Source: Cystobacterineae bacterium (GTDB lineage Bacteria; Myxococcota; Myxococcia; Myxococcales; Myxococcaceae). Taken from it: a DNA stretch of 64,000 nt. The stretch's first letter is position 1; every line of letters begins with the position of its first letter. Made by a program: the position numbers and the translations under genes. The notes below the pieces were generated by a model. That model saw nothing but the letters and a program-made list of their open reading frames with translations. It had not been told where the DNA came from and did no database searches. Of the stretch, positions 1 to 9,999 are shown piece after piece. Location: the NCBI GenBank assembly GCA_009781495.1, contig WQYA01000005.1, forward strand, positions 5,810 through 69,809, written 5' to 3'.

Positions 1-173
1 GTACACGTCGTGCTGCAGTCGGGAAAGCGGCCCTAGGTGCAGGGGGGGGCAACTCTTCTATTCTCGGCAGGGAAGGGCTGCTGGGTCTGGTGAAGGGTTC
101 AGGTGGAACGGGGGAGAGCTTTCCAGCACTTGGGCGTCGAATGACTTCGACTTGGACAGGGTTGCGAAAGCGC

Positions 174-584
174 TTATTCATGAGGAACTCCAAGGTTAAG
201 AGCCAATTTCCATTGGCCGGCTTCTTTTTTCATTGTGAGCAAGGTGCTTTTTTGACTTGTCACGACACGTAGGAGAGCCGTTTTTTCGTCGGCTTCGACA
301 AGCTCCGTTTTTCCAAGAACGGGTTGAACGAGCTTGGGCATAAATACCATGTTTGCTGGGGTTGCTGAAATCAACCCTGAAGCATTTTCAGAGACGGCAG
401 CGACTTTGTCTGCCAAAAACATTTGGGTATCCGATGAAAGCATTTGCCAGGCTTTGCCCCTCTCTCCTTGAGATAATGCACCCAAAAACTGTTGCAAGGT
501 GTTTTCGGGTGTGGCTGTTTCCAAAGGAGGAGAACAGGCACAGAAGGCGATGAAAGAAAATATCCGACTTTTTATCGGGAGCAT
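174..584 (-). CDS. putative lipoprotein, function unknown
   Basis: 136-aa ORF. The N-terminus MLPIKSRIFSFIAFCAC is hydrophobic and ends in a lipobox-like cysteine. No catalytic motif recognised. Confidence 0.45.
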   Translation of the reverse strand: MLPIKSRIFSFIAFCACSPPLETATPENTLQQFLGALSQGERGKAWQMLSSDTQMFLADKVAAVSENASGLISATPANMVFMPKLVQPVLGKTELVEADEKTALLRVVTSQKSTLLTMKKEAGQWKLALNLGVPHE

Positions 585-635
585 ATCCAGAATCTCTTAG
601 GGCAGAAAGTGACTAATGCAGAGTTGGCATTGCCG

Positions 636-1259
636 TCAACCCCGGGGTTTGAAGAGTTGTAGGCGGTAGACAGGTTGGCCTGTAATGAGATAGCGTTGTT
701 CTCTAGAGGAGGGGATATCATTTTCAGGGCGGGGGTGAAAAAGTCCTTTACCCAAGGGGTTTAGGAAGCCTGTGTCTTCAAGTATACGAATAATAGAATC
801 AGCGCGCTCTTCCACATCTGTTCTAAAGTCAAAGAAGCCGCCTGGGGCCAGGAGGGAGAAGAGGGTATGGGCGAAGGAGGGGAGGAGAACAGCGCGTTTT
901 TGGTGGGCGGTTTTCCACCATGGGTCCGGAAACTGAAGGTGGATGCCGGCGAGGCTTTGGGGTGCAAACAGGAGGGGGACATAGCGTCGTGCGTCGAGCT
1001 CAAGGACTTGCAAGTTAAGGAGTTGACGTTTTTGGGCGCGGTAGCGTACCTCGCGGGCATATTTTTTACGCCACTCAAAAGCGACATAGGGGACATGGGG
1101 GTTGGCCTGGCAATAAGCGAGGGCGAAGCCTCCCATGCCGCAGCCTATTTCCAACTCAAGGGGGCCCGAGAAGCCGAAAATATGTTTCCAGTCTGGGGGC
1201 ATAGGGCCGTTATCAAATTCAAGGAGGGCCGGCTCTGGACGCAGGGGGATACGTGACAT
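636..1259 (-). CDS. trmB: tRNA (guanine46-N7)-methyltransferase
   Basis: 207-aa ORF with the SAM-binding motif LEIGCGMGGF and the TrmB-typical FPDPWWK..HQKR motif. Confidence 0.85.
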   Translation of the reverse strand: MSRIPLRPEPALLEFDNGPMPPDWKHIFGFSGPLELEIGCGMGGFALAYCQANPHVPYVAFEWRKKYAREVRYRAQKRQLLNLQVLELDARRYVPLLFAPQSLAGIHLQFPDPWWKTAHQKRAVLLPSFAHTLFSLLAPGGFFDFRTDVEERADSIIRILEDTGFLNPLGKGLFHPRPENDIPSSREQRYLITGQPVYRLQLFKPRG

Positions 1260-1344
1260 AGTTAAAGGGGGGAGGAAGGAAACATTGGTGAAAAAATATA
1301 GAAAGTGGATAGAAGGGCCAAGTTAGCAGTGTTGGTTTTCGGGT

Positions 1345-2268
1345 ATGAAACTTTTTTCGTCCATAGAGCAAGTCATAAAGCAGGGAGGGTGGGGAGGGGT
1401 AATATGCGTAGGCAATTTTGACGGAGTACATTTAGGGCACATAGGGCTATTGGAGTGCGCCAAGGCGTTAGGGCCGGTATTGGTGTTAACGTTTGAGCCG
1501 CACCCTGTGGGGATGTTGTTTCCGGAGCGAGCGCCCAAGCGTATTGCGACGCCGGAGCGCAAGCTTGAGTTGTTGGAGCAGCAGGGGGTGAAGGCGGTGG
1601 TGACGCAGGCATTTGACAGGGCTTTTGCGGGTACCCCTGCGGCGTGTTTTGAGCAGCTGCTTTTTTCGGACTTAGGGGCGCACACCATTGCGGTGGGGGC
1701 GAATTTCACCTATGGGGCAGGGCGTTGTGGGGACATAGAGAGTTTGCAGGAAGCGGGCCGGCGTTTGGGGGGGCGGCTGTTTGTTTTTCCGGAACTCAAG
1801 GTAGGGGGCCTGGTGGTATCCTCCAGTCGGATACGCCGTATGGTTGCCGCCGGGGAGGTAGAGGGTGTGAGGGACTATTTAGGGCGTCCCTTTGAGTTAG
1901 AGGGCGAGGTAATAGAGGGGGAGAAGCGAGGGAGGGCGCTGGGTTTTCCGACGGCGAACATGGCCTATGGGGACATATTGCTCCCCAAGCCCGGGGTATA
2001 CGCGGTAGAATTTGCCCTAGCCTCAGAGGGGCGATGGCGTGGGGGTGTAGCCAATTTAGGCCATAAACCTACCTTTAGCACTTTTAGCTCAGCCAAAGTG
2101 GAACTTGAAGTGCACGTATTGGAAGCTTCCGGCCATTGGTATGGCGAGAAAGCCGGCATTCGTTTTTTGAGTCGGCTGCGTGACGAGCGTCGGTTTGCCG
2201 GTGTAGAAGATTTAAAAGCGCAAATAAGAGCAGATGTTGCAGCGGCCAAGCCTTTTCTAAAGCCTTGA
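1345..2268 (+). CDS. ribF: bifunctional riboflavin kinase / FMN adenylyltransferase
   Basis: 307 aa. The N-terminal nucleotidyltransferase motif GNFDGVHLGH and the C-terminal riboflavin kinase region (GFPTAN, LEVHVL) match RibF. Confidence 0.85.
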   Translation: MKLFSSIEQVIKQGGWGGVICVGNFDGVHLGHIGLLECAKALGPVLVLTFEPHPVGMLFPERAPKRIATPERKLELLEQQGVKAVVTQAFDRAFAGTPAACFEQLLFSDLGAHTIAVGANFTYGAGRCGDIESLQEAGRRLGGRLFVFPELKVGGLVVSSSRIRRMVAAGEVEGVRDYLGRPFELEGEVIEGEKRGRALGFPTANMAYGDILLPKPGVYAVEFALASEGRWRGGVANLGHKPTFSTFSSAKVELEVHVLEASGHWYGEKAGIRFLSRLRDERRFAGVEDLKAQIRADVAAAKPFLKP

Positions 2269-2336
2269 GCTTGCCCCCTTATTAATAATTGTAAGCTTTA
2301 GCTTATTAACTTATTTTTGAGAGGGGCTAAACCTAC

Positions 2337-4046
2337 ATGTCAGGTCGTCTGGGAGAGCTGCTGGTGAGAGAGAGAATGATCTCTTTGCAGCAGTTGCGTC
2401 AAGCGCAAGAAGAACAGAAGCGCAGTGGCACGAAGATTGCTTCAGCTCTGATTAAGACAGGAGCCATTGAAGCCGCCAGGCTGACGGATTTTTTGTCCAA
2501 GCAATATGGCGTTCCTGTTGTTGATTTGCGAGAAATTGAAGTTACGCCCGAAATCATCAAATTGGTTCCATTTGAGATTGCCAAGAAACACTTGGTATTG
2601 CCTATAGGCCGTTCGGGGGCGTCGCTGATTGTAGCCATGAGTGATCCGTCGAACATTTATGCTGCGGATGAGCTTAAATTTCTAACGGGCTACAATGTTG
2701 AGCCTGTCGTCACTTCAGAAATTTCCATTCGTGAAGCTTTGGAGCACTATTATGCGGAGAAGGGGCCCAGCTTTGACGACATTCTTGGCGAGGTGATGGA
2801 TGTGGCGACGACGGAGAATCCATCCGAGGCGGAGGAAAGCATACGTTCTGCGGATGAAGCTCCTGTGGTCAAATTGGTGAATATGATCTTAAAAGAAGCC
2901 ATCAGCAAGCGGGCTTCAGACATTCATGTTGAACCCTATGAGCGTGATTTTCGAGTAAGGTTTAGAATTGACGGTGTGCTTTATGAGGTGATGAAGCCTC
3001 CGATGCAGTTGCGCAACGCCATCATTTCCCGTCTAAAAATTATGGCGCAATTGGACATTTCTGAGCGGCGTTTACCTCAGGATGGTCGAATTAAGGTGCG
3101 ATTGTCCCAAGGGAAGGAGATGGATTTTCGCGTCAGTGTTTGTCCCACCCTGTTTGGCGAGAAGGTTGTGTTGCGCCTGCTCGACAAGAGCACTTTGCAA
3201 TTGGATATGACGAAGCTGGGTTTTGAGCCGGAGCCTTTGCGTTGGTTTCGCGAAGCGATTGACAGGCCCTATGGCATGGTTTTGGTAACAGGGCCCACAG
3301 GCTCAGGGAAGACGACGACGCTTTATTCGGCCCTGTCCGCCTTGAACGAGGTGGGCTCCAATTTGTGCACAGCGGAAGACCCAGTCGAATTCAACTTTGC
3401 GGGAATTAACCAAGTCCAAATGCATGAGGACATAGGCTTGTCTTTTGCAGCTTCCCTACGTTCTTTTTTAAGACAAGACCCTGATATTATTATGATTGGA
3501 GAGATTAGGGATTTTGAGACGGCCGAAATTGGCGTCAAGGCGGCGTTGACGGGGCACTTGGTATTGTCCACTTTGCACACCAACGATGCGCCGGGGACGG
3601 TCAGTCGCTTGTTGAATATGGGGGTGGAGCCGTTTCTTGTCACAGCTTCGCTGAATCTCATATTGGCTCAGCGTTTGTGCAGAAAGTTGTGTGCGGCCTG
3701 CAAACGTCCCGTCAAAATCATCGATCAAGAGCGGCTGATTCAAGCGGGGGTACCCTATGAAAAAATACAAAAATTTCAATTATATGAGCCAGCAGGTTGT
3801 CGGGAGTGCAACGAGCGGGGCTACCGAGGCCGGGTAGCTGTTTATGAAGTCATGCCTTTTTGGGATGACCTAAAAACCATAGTTATTAATGGTGCTTCTG
3901 CAGCGGAACTCAAGCAAGAAGCCATTCGGCTTGGAATGCAGACGCTCAGGAGTGCTGGTTTAAACAAGGTGATGGAGGGGGTAACAACACTTGAAGAAGT
4001 TTTAGCCAACACAGCTCCTGACACCTATCAACAAGCGGCCCACTAA
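2337..4046 (+). CDS. pilB: type IV pilus assembly ATPase PilB (GspE family)
   Basis: 569 aa. Walker [11 protein letters not shown], Asp/His boxes and a C-terminal tetracysteine (CxxC...CxxC). The N-terminus RLGELLV...QLRQAQEEQ / KIASALIKTGAIEAARLTDFLSKQ resembles the MshEN-type c-di-GMP binding motif pair. First gene of the pilB-pilT-pilC synteny. Confidence 0.9.
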   Translation: MSGRLGELLVRERMISLQQLRQAQEEQKRSGTKIASALIKTGAIEAARLTDFLSKQYGVPVVDLREIEVTPEIIKLVPFEIAKKHLVLPIGRSGASLIVAMSDPSNIYAADELKFLTGYNVEPVVTSEISIREALEHYYAEKGPSFDDILGEVMDVATTENPSEAEESIRSADEAPVVKLVNMILKEAISKRASDIHVEPYERDFRVRFRIDGVLYEVMKPPMQLRNAIISRLKIMAQLDISERRLPQDGRIKVRLSQGKEMDFRVSVCPTLFGEKVVLRLLDKSTLQLDMTKLGFEPEPLRWFREAIDRPYGMVLVTGPTGSGKTTTLYSALSALNEVGSNLCTAEDPVEFNFAGINQVQMHEDIGLSFAASLRSFLRQDPDIIMIGEIRDFETAEIGVKAALTGHLVLSTLHTNDAPGTVSRLLNMGVEPFLVTASLNLILAQRLCRKLCAACKRPVKIIDQERLIQAGVPYEKIQKFQLYEPAGCRECNERGYRGRVAVYEVMPFWDDLKTIVINGASAAELKQEAIRLGMQTLRSAGLNKVMEGVTTLEEVLANTAPDTYQQAAH

Positions 4047-4047
4047 C

Positions 4048-5136
4048 ATGGTTACTTTGCAACAATTGCTCAAGACGATGGCTGTGCATAACGCGAGTGA
4101 TCTGCACATAACCGTCAACTCTCCGCCTCAGTTAAGGATTGATGGCAAGCTTGTCGCGCTCAACATGGAGGTTTTGAATCCAGAAGAAACCAAGCAGATA
4201 TGTTATTCAATTCTCAGCGATCTGCAGAAGAAAAAATTTGAAGAAGGAAACGAGCTGGATTTTTCATTTAGCGTCAAAGGCTTATCACGTTTTCGAGCCA
4301 ACATGTGTTGGCAAAGGGATTCTGTTTCCGGCGCATTTCGCATCATTCCTTTTAAAATAAAGCGTATTGAAGAGCTTGGGTTGCCCCACATTATTTTGGA
4401 GTTGGCCAAGAAACCTCAAGGATTGGTTTTGGTAACAGGGCCTACCGGCTCAGGGAAATCAACCACATTGGCCGCCATTGTTGATGAGATTAATGAACAA
4501 CGCAGGGGGCATATTGTAACCGTAGAAGATCCCATTGAATATGTACATAAAAATAAGAACAGCATTATAACCCAACGAGAAGTGGGCACAGACACAAAGT
4601 CCTTTAAAGATGCGCTGCGTTATATTCTAAGACAAGATCCAGATGTTATTTTAATTGGAGAAATTCGAGATTTAGAGACCTTGGAAGCGGCCCTGGCTGC
4701 GGCAGAAACAGGGCATCTGGTTTTGACGACATTGCACACCAACAGTGCTGTTCAAACCATAAAAAGAATCAGTGACATGGTTCCTTCTGAACAGAGATCG
4801 ACCATCACCTCACAGCTTTCATTTGTTTTGGAAGGAATTATTTCGCAAAGACTGTTGGCGCGTTCGGATGGTCCAGGTCGAGTTTTGGCTGTGGAGTTGC
4901 TTTTGCCCAATACTGCCATCAGAAACCTCATGCGTGACGATAAAATCCATCAAATATATTCAGCGATGCAGTCGGGTCAAGGCAAATCCAACATGCAGAC
5001 GTTGAACCAATCATTGTTGTCTCTCATCAAAAAAGGGATCATCAGTGCAGAGATGGGTTTGAGCATAACTTTGGAGACAAAAGAATTGCGGAGAATGTTA
5101 GGAAATGAAGACAGCGAAGGCAATTCATTTGTCTAA
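4048..5136 (+). CDS. pilT: twitching motility (retraction) ATPase PilT
   Basis: 362 aa. Walker A GPTGSGKSTT and the PilT-type LVLTTLHTNSA motif. The start codon lies 1 nt after the pilB stop. Confidence 0.9.
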   Translation: MVTLQQLLKTMAVHNASDLHITVNSPPQLRIDGKLVALNMEVLNPEETKQICYSILSDLQKKKFEEGNELDFSFSVKGLSRFRANMCWQRDSVSGAFRIIPFKIKRIEELGLPHIILELAKKPQGLVLVTGPTGSGKSTTLAAIVDEINEQRRGHIVTVEDPIEYVHKNKNSIITQREVGTDTKSFKDALRYILRQDPDVILIGEIRDLETLEAALAAAETGHLVLTTLHTNSAVQTIKRISDMVPSEQRSTITSQLSFVLEGIISQRLLARSDGPGRVLAVELLLPNTAIRNLMRDDKIHQIYSAMQSGQGKSNMQTLNQSLLSLIKKGIISAEMGLSITLETKELRRMLGNEDSEGNSFV

Positions 5137-5156
5137 AATATATTTTGGAGTGCGAT

Positions 5157-6422
5157 ATGTTGTCAGGTTCCACTAAGCATGCAGCACCGGCAAAAGTGCA
5201 AAAAAAACCGTTAAAACCAAGCATTTGGAAATGGGAAGCTTTGAGCCGTGAAGGTGTGAAAAAGCGGGGTGAGATGGAGGGAATGGATGCCAAGTCTGTG
5301 GAGAGCAAGCTCAAATCCATTGGGTTTACACCTCAAAAGATACAGAAGAAGTCTAAATCTATCCGTTTATCCATACCTGGTTTTTCTGGGATATCCAACA
5401 AGGATTTGCTGATATTTACAAAGCAATTATCTACAATGATTGATGCAGGGCTACCCTTGGTGCAGGGGTTGGATATGTTGGCAAGCCAAATAGGGAACAC
5501 TCGTTTGCGAACGGTTGTGACGCAAGTGAAAGAAAAGATAGAGTCTGGTTCAAGTTTTTCAGAAGCATTAAAGGACCATCCCAAAGTATTTGATACACTT
5601 TTTGTTCAATTATGTGCGGCAGGGGAGGTGGGAGGCATTCTTGACACCATTTTGGAGCGTCTGGCTGCCTATAAAGAGAAAGCTGCGAAGTTGGCAAGAA
5701 GAGTGCGTGGGGCCATGGCCTATCCTGCTGTTGTTTTGGTGATAGCCATAGCGGTTGTTATTGTTCTCTTATGGAAAGTAACCCCCGTATTTGCAAAAAT
5801 GTTTTTGGATTTTGGTTCTGAACTACCCGGGCCCACACAGTTTGTAGTTGATTTATCAGAGTGGATGCAAAGGAATATTCTTTATGTTCTTGGGGTGATG
5901 ATAGTCGTTGTTATTGGGTTTATGCTTTTTTCCAGTTGGCCCAAAGGGAAGATGTTTCTCGACGGTCTCATCCTAAAAATTCCAGTTTTTAAGCAATTGG
6001 TTACCAAGGTTGCTGTGGCCAGGTTTTCCAGAACATTGGGGACCCTCATCAGCGCAGGCGTACCCATATTGAATGCTTTGGATGTGACTGCAAACACAGC
6101 GGGGAATAAAGTCATTGAGAAAGCGATTGTGGACGTTCGGAATGAAATTTCCGAAGGCAAGAGCATTGCTGGGCCATTGTCCAACAGGAAAGTTTTTCCT
6201 TCCATGGTTGTGCAAATGATTGGAGTTGGGGAGGCGACGGGAGCCTTGGATCAAATGCTTACAAAAATAGCAGATTTTTATGATGATGAAGTGGATGTTG
6301 CCGTCGGTGGATTAACCGCGCTGATTGAGCCTCTGATGATGGTCGTTGTTGGCGGCATAGTAGGAGGTTTTTTGATAGCGATGTATTTGCCGGTATTTTC
6401 TCTTGTATCTGCCGTTCAATGA
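5157..6422 (+). CDS. pilC: type IV pilus platform protein PilC (GspF family)
   Basis: Two GspF repeats with 3 TM segments. The ORF track begins at TTG 5145, but ATG 5157 follows a GGAG at 5147-5150 and is the more likely start. Confidence 0.85.
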   Translation: MLSGSTKHAAPAKVQKKPLKPSIWKWEALSREGVKKRGEMEGMDAKSVESKLKSIGFTPQKIQKKSKSIRLSIPGFSGISNKDLLIFTKQLSTMIDAGLPLVQGLDMLASQIGNTRLRTVVTQVKEKIESGSSFSEALKDHPKVFDTLFVQLCAAGEVGGILDTILERLAAYKEKAAKLARRVRGAMAYPAVVLVIAIAVVIVLLWKVTPVFAKMFLDFGSELPGPTQFVVDLSEWMQRNILYVLGVMIVVVIGFMLFSSWPKGKMFLDGLILKIPVFKQLVTKVAVARFSRTLGTLISAGVPILNALDVTANTAGNKVIEKAIVDVRNEISEGKSIAGPLSNRKVFPSMVVQMIGVGEATGALDQMLTKIADFYDDEVDVAVGGLTALIEPLMMVVVGGIVGGFLIAMYLPVFSLVSAVQ

Positions 6423-6613
6423 CCTTTCACATTTTTCCACTGAAGAGATCGGCTTTGTTTCAAACAACCTAATTGATTGAATTTATTTGGATTTTCATAT
6501 GTCATGTTGGTTTGAATTGATAGCAGGAAAAACAGAATTATATCTTTAGGGATGGGCAAAGACGATGGATGTTTTTTGCGTGTTTTCGAAAGTCTATTGC
6601 TTATAAGACAGTT

Positions 6614-6629
6614 TGGAATGAATGTTGCT
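6614..6629 (+). promoter_or_regulatory. candidate sigma54 (-24/-12) promoter of pilA
   Basis: TGGAATGAATGTTGCT matches the consensus TGGCAC-N5-TTGCW at the invariant GG and GC with correct spacing. It lies about 48 nt upstream of the pilA ATG. pilA is sigma54-dependent in M. xanthus (established knowledge). Confidence 0.5.
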
Positions 6630-6676
6630 AACTCATGTTGAGTTGTTTTGAGGTTCACGAAAGGAAGTTGATGCAA

Positions 6677-7321
6677 ATGTTGAGAAACAGAATATCAAAA
6701 GGTTTTACACTGATAGAATTGATGATCGTTGTTGCCATTATCGGTGTGCTTGCTGCGATTGCAATTCCCAATTTTATTAAATTTCAGGCGCGTTCCAAGC
6801 AGAGCGAAGCCAAAGCGAACCTGAAGGCCATTTATACAGCACAAAAGGCTTATTTTGCAGAGAACGACAAATATTCCAGGGAAATGGGCAAAATTGGTTT
6901 CTCTCCTGAACGTGGGAACCGTTATGCTTACCGTTTGGCAACCACATGTACAACGACGGAAGCAAGAACAGCCAATGCCACAGCAGCGCCCACAGCAGAT
7001 TGCATCGGCATGGATGTTGCGAGATATGGTGGTACGGTGAATGTTCCGACGGCTACAGAAACTCCTGGAGTGGTTACCTATGTCAATCCCCTTGCGGGCC
7101 TCAATGTCACAGCTGGCGTAACAACTGGAGCGAATTCAGCTATTTCTGATTTTGCTGCGGACGCTATTGGGAACATTGACAACGATCCGGAGGTTGACTG
7201 GTGGTTTATTGCTTCGGTGCAATCTACAATTGCCGCGGGAGCCTGCAACGAAGCTACCGATCCTGGAACTGAAAATCCGTCCGGCACAGCCTTCAACATT
7301 TTGAACGATGTGAGTTGCTAG
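6677..7321 (+). CDS. pilA: type IVa major pilin PilA
   Basis: Class III signal MLRNRISKG/FTLIELMIVVAIIGVLAAIAIPNF with Gly-1, Phe+1 and Glu+5, followed by IKFQARSKQSEAKANLKAIYTAQKAYF. There are four Cys in the C-terminal domain. An AGGAAG RBS lies 9 nt upstream of ATG 6677; the ORF track start at 6635 is probably too early. Confidence 0.9.
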   Translation: MLRNRISKGFTLIELMIVVAIIGVLAAIAIPNFIKFQARSKQSEAKANLKAIYTAQKAYFAENDKYSREMGKIGFSPERGNRYAYRLATTCTTTEARTANATAAPTADCIGMDVARYGGTVNVPTATETPGVVTYVNPLAGLNVTAGVTTGANSAISDFAADAIGNIDNDPEVDWWFIASVQSTIAAGACNEATDPGTENPSGTAFNILNDVSC

Positions 7322-7340
7322 TATTTTTCTATATAAAATA

Positions 7341-7370
7341 AAAAGGACAACTTCGAGTTGTCCTTTTTTT
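7341..7370 (+). terminator. rho-independent terminator after pilA
   Basis: Stem GGACAAC / GTTGTCC with loop TTCGA, followed by a T7 run and preceded by an A-run. Confidence 0.75.
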
Positions 7371-7391
7371 ATTTGCCGTTATTTGATTTCT

Positions 7392-8249
7392 ATGAAGGTG
7401 CGGTGGTTTGTTTCGGTTTTATTCATGTTGATGGCATTTGTTGCGACGCTCTTTTTTGCAGAGGAGCCCATTTCACATAGCAAAAATGATGGCTTTGTTT
7501 TGCTTCCGAATGCAAAACTGGTTCGATGGGTTGCGCGTTCCCACCTGTCTTTGGTTGCAGATTTATATTGGCTAAAAGCCATTCATGTTGCCGGTGGCGT
7601 CAACTCTTCTGAAGAAGCCAGAGAATTGTTTTCCTATGGGAATTTCATTGCGGAATTAGACCAAAAACTTCTGCAAAACTATTGGCTTACAGGACTTAAC
7701 CTCCCTTTCCAGACAGCCAATGGCTGGGAGAATGCAGAACTGGCCTCTCAAATATATGAAAGGGGGTTGGGTTCATTTCCTCATAACACAAAGTTGTTAA
7801 TTTATTATGCAAGCAATGAATTATTTTATCGCCAAGACCAAATTAAGTCAGCAAATTTATTAATGGAATTGTCAAAAAACACAGATGCTCCTCCTTATGC
7901 TGGAATGCTGGCAACGAGGATTTTAGCCCAAAACAGGAATTTTGATGCGGCCTTGGATTTTATGTCATTCATGCATGAGATGGCAGCCGATGATATGGAA
8001 CGAGAGCTTTTAGAAAAACGCATGAAGGAGATAGAACTCGAACAACTCCTCGTTGTTTTGGACAACAGCATTGACGAATTTCAAAAGCAATATGGGAGAA
8101 TTCCAAAGACACCGGAAGAATTGCTTTCCGTAGGACTGTTGTCTCGCTTGCCGGAAGAACCTTTTGGAAAGGAATTCTATATCCATTCTGATGGGAAAGC
8201 CTATTCAACATCCATTTCCAGCCGGCTCCAAATGTTTTCAGGGAAATAA
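7392..8249 (+). CDS. membrane-anchored helical-repeat protein in the position of M. xanthus PilG
   Basis: N-terminal TM segment (WFVSVLFMLMAFVATLFF) followed by a TPR-like helical region. The assignment rests only on synteny (pilA followed by an ABC module, as in the M. xanthus pilG-pilH-pilI arrangement). Confidence 0.4.
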   Translation: MKVRWFVSVLFMLMAFVATLFFAEEPISHSKNDGFVLLPNAKLVRWVARSHLSLVADLYWLKAIHVAGGVNSSEEARELFSYGNFIAELDQKLLQNYWLTGLNLPFQTANGWENAELASQIYERGLGSFPHNTKLLIYYASNELFYRQDQIKSANLLMELSKNTDAPPYAGMLATRILAQNRNFDAALDFMSFMHEMAADDMERELLEKRMKEIELEQLLVVLDNSIDEFQKQYGRIPKTPEELLSVGLLSRLPEEPFGKEFYIHSDGKAYSTSISSRLQMFSGK

Positions 8250-8250
8250 T

Positions 8251-9195
8251 ATGTCTGCCATTTTAATGAAAAACATAACAAAAGTCTACAGAAGCGGTTT
8301 TTTCAAAGAAAATATCGTTCAAGCATTGAATGATTTTTCTATTCGTGTAGCCCCAGGACAGGTTTTTGGTGTGTTGGGTCCCAATGGCGCAGGGAAGTCA
8401 ACAGCCATCAAAATATTGCTGGGGCTTATTTATCCAACATCTGGAATTGCCTATGTTTTCGACAAGGATGTGGCGGATTGGAGAGCCCGCAATTCCATCG
8501 GTTATGTCCCGGAGCATCCCATGCTCTATGGTTATTTGACAGGCTGGGAATTTCTGTCTCTTTCTTCGAGATTGCATTCATTGCCTTCCAAAGAAAGGAA
8601 GAAAAGAATTGCTGAAGTCTTGGAATGGGTTGAAATGTCCAAGGCTTCCAGGATGTTGATTCGACAATATTCCAAAGGGATGATGCAACGTATTGTTTTG
8701 GCGCAAGCTTTGGTTTCGCAGCCCCAATTGCTCATTTTGGATGAGCCGACTTCCGGGCTTGACCCTATTGGACGCGTCAAAATTCGAGAAATTATTCAAA
8801 GAGAAAAAAGAAAAAATACGACGATTTTGTTTTGCACTCATATCATATCAGACGCAGAAATGTTGTGCGATGAGCTGGTTGTATTGGCAAACGGCTCTGT
8901 TGTTTGCTCCGGAAGTTTGAATGCGTTGTTGTCTTCCAATTCTTCAAGGCAGACAGTTTGTTTTTCTGGAGTTGAGCAAGCGCAACTTTCATCTTCTCCT
9001 GTTCCTTGTGAGTTGCTTGCAGAAAAAAACGACATATTAGAAGTTTCAGTTGAAGAAAAAAACAGTTCTTCGTTTTTGGCTTTTTTGTTGTCAAAAAAAG
9101 CAGACATCAAAAAGTTAGAACCATCGGTTCAAAATTTAGAAGCAGTGTTTTTTAAAGCGGTCTTAGGAGATAAGTCTGTTCATGAAAAACAGTGA
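8251..9195 (+). CDS. ABC transporter ATP-binding protein (PilH-like position)
   Basis: Walker A GPNGAGKST, signature-like YSKGMMQR and Walker B LLILDEPTSGLD. ATG 8251 lies immediately after the stop of the preceding gene; the ORF track start at 8164 overlaps that gene. Confidence 0.8.
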   Translation: MSAILMKNITKVYRSGFFKENIVQALNDFSIRVAPGQVFGVLGPNGAGKSTAIKILLGLIYPTSGIAYVFDKDVADWRARNSIGYVPEHPMLYGYLTGWEFLSLSSRLHSLPSKERKKRIAEVLEWVEMSKASRMLIRQYSKGMMQRIVLAQALVSQPQLLILDEPTSGLDPIGRVKIREIIQREKRKNTTILFCTHIISDAEMLCDELVVLANGSVVCSGSLNALLSSNSSRQTVCFSGVEQAQLSSSPVPCELLAEKNDILEVSVEEKNSSSFLAFLLSKKADIKKLEPSVQNLEAVFFKAVLGDKSVHEKQ

Positions 9196-9967
9196 AGCAT
9201 GGATGAAAATTTTTGCCATAGGTTGGAATGGGTTTGCCGAAGCGAGAAGAAACCGGGTAATGATAGTTCTTGTCGTATTTGCTGTGATATTGCTTCTTTC
9301 AACAACCTTGGTGATGCGTGTGACAGTCTTTACACTGGACAGGGTGTTGGTAGATGTGGCGATTGCCGCCATGAGTTTTGTATTGATTTTAATGTCCATC
9401 TATCTGACTGCCGGGAGTTTTTCCAGAGAATTGCGAGAACGTTCCGCTTGTCTTGTGCTTTCGGCGCCCATTTCGCGAGCCCATTTTCTCATTGGCCGGT
9501 ATTTAGGAAACATTCTCACCTTGTTTGTTTTGCAACTTCTGATGACTTGTGTTTTTTTATTTCAAATGAAATTGTTAAAGGTAACTTTGACACAAGCTCA
9601 AGTTGCAGCCCTCATCGGCGTGGCTTCACAACTGCTTTTGTTTTCCGGCGTTGGCATTTTTGTGAGTTGTTTGTGTAGCCAAGTGATGGCAGGAACGTTG
9701 TTGATTTTGGTTTATATCGTTGGCAACCAAACGGATGAATTGTTTTTTATGGCAGAGCGGGTTTCGGGCGGGTGGATTTATTTTCTTGGCAAAGGCCTTT
9801 ATTATTTTTTACCCAATTTACACCGTTCGGACTTTAAACTCCAGGCTTCCTATGGCCTGAATGTCCCTTGGGCAGAAGTATTTTCTTCATTAGGCTACAG
9901 CACTGCTTATGCTATTTTTGCTTTATTGGCTGCCTGCATTATTTTTCGAAGACGCGATTTTCACTAG
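9182..9967 (+). CDS. ABC-2 type permease (PilI-like position)
   Basis: 261 aa with about 6 predicted TM segments. It overlaps the upstream ATPase gene by 14 nt, consistent with translational coupling. Confidence 0.6.
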   Translation: MKNSEAWMKIFAIGWNGFAEARRNRVMIVLVVFAVILLLSTTLVMRVTVFTLDRVLVDVAIAAMSFVLILMSIYLTAGSFSRELRERSACLVLSAPISRAHFLIGRYLGNILTLFVLQLLMTCVFLFQMKLLKVTLTQAQVAALIGVASQLLLFSGVGIFVSCLCSQVMAGTLLILVYIVGNQTDELFFMAERVSGGWIYFLGKGLYYFLPNLHRSDFKLQASYGLNVPWAEVFSSLGYSTAYAIFALLAACIIFRRRDFH

Positions 9968-9999
9968 TATAACACAACGGTTTCCACTAATATAAAGCT

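Noticed and set aside
90-272. 60-aa plus-strand ORF at the left edge.
   Set aside because: It overlaps the 3' end of the lipoprotein gene on the other strand and has no RBS or motif.
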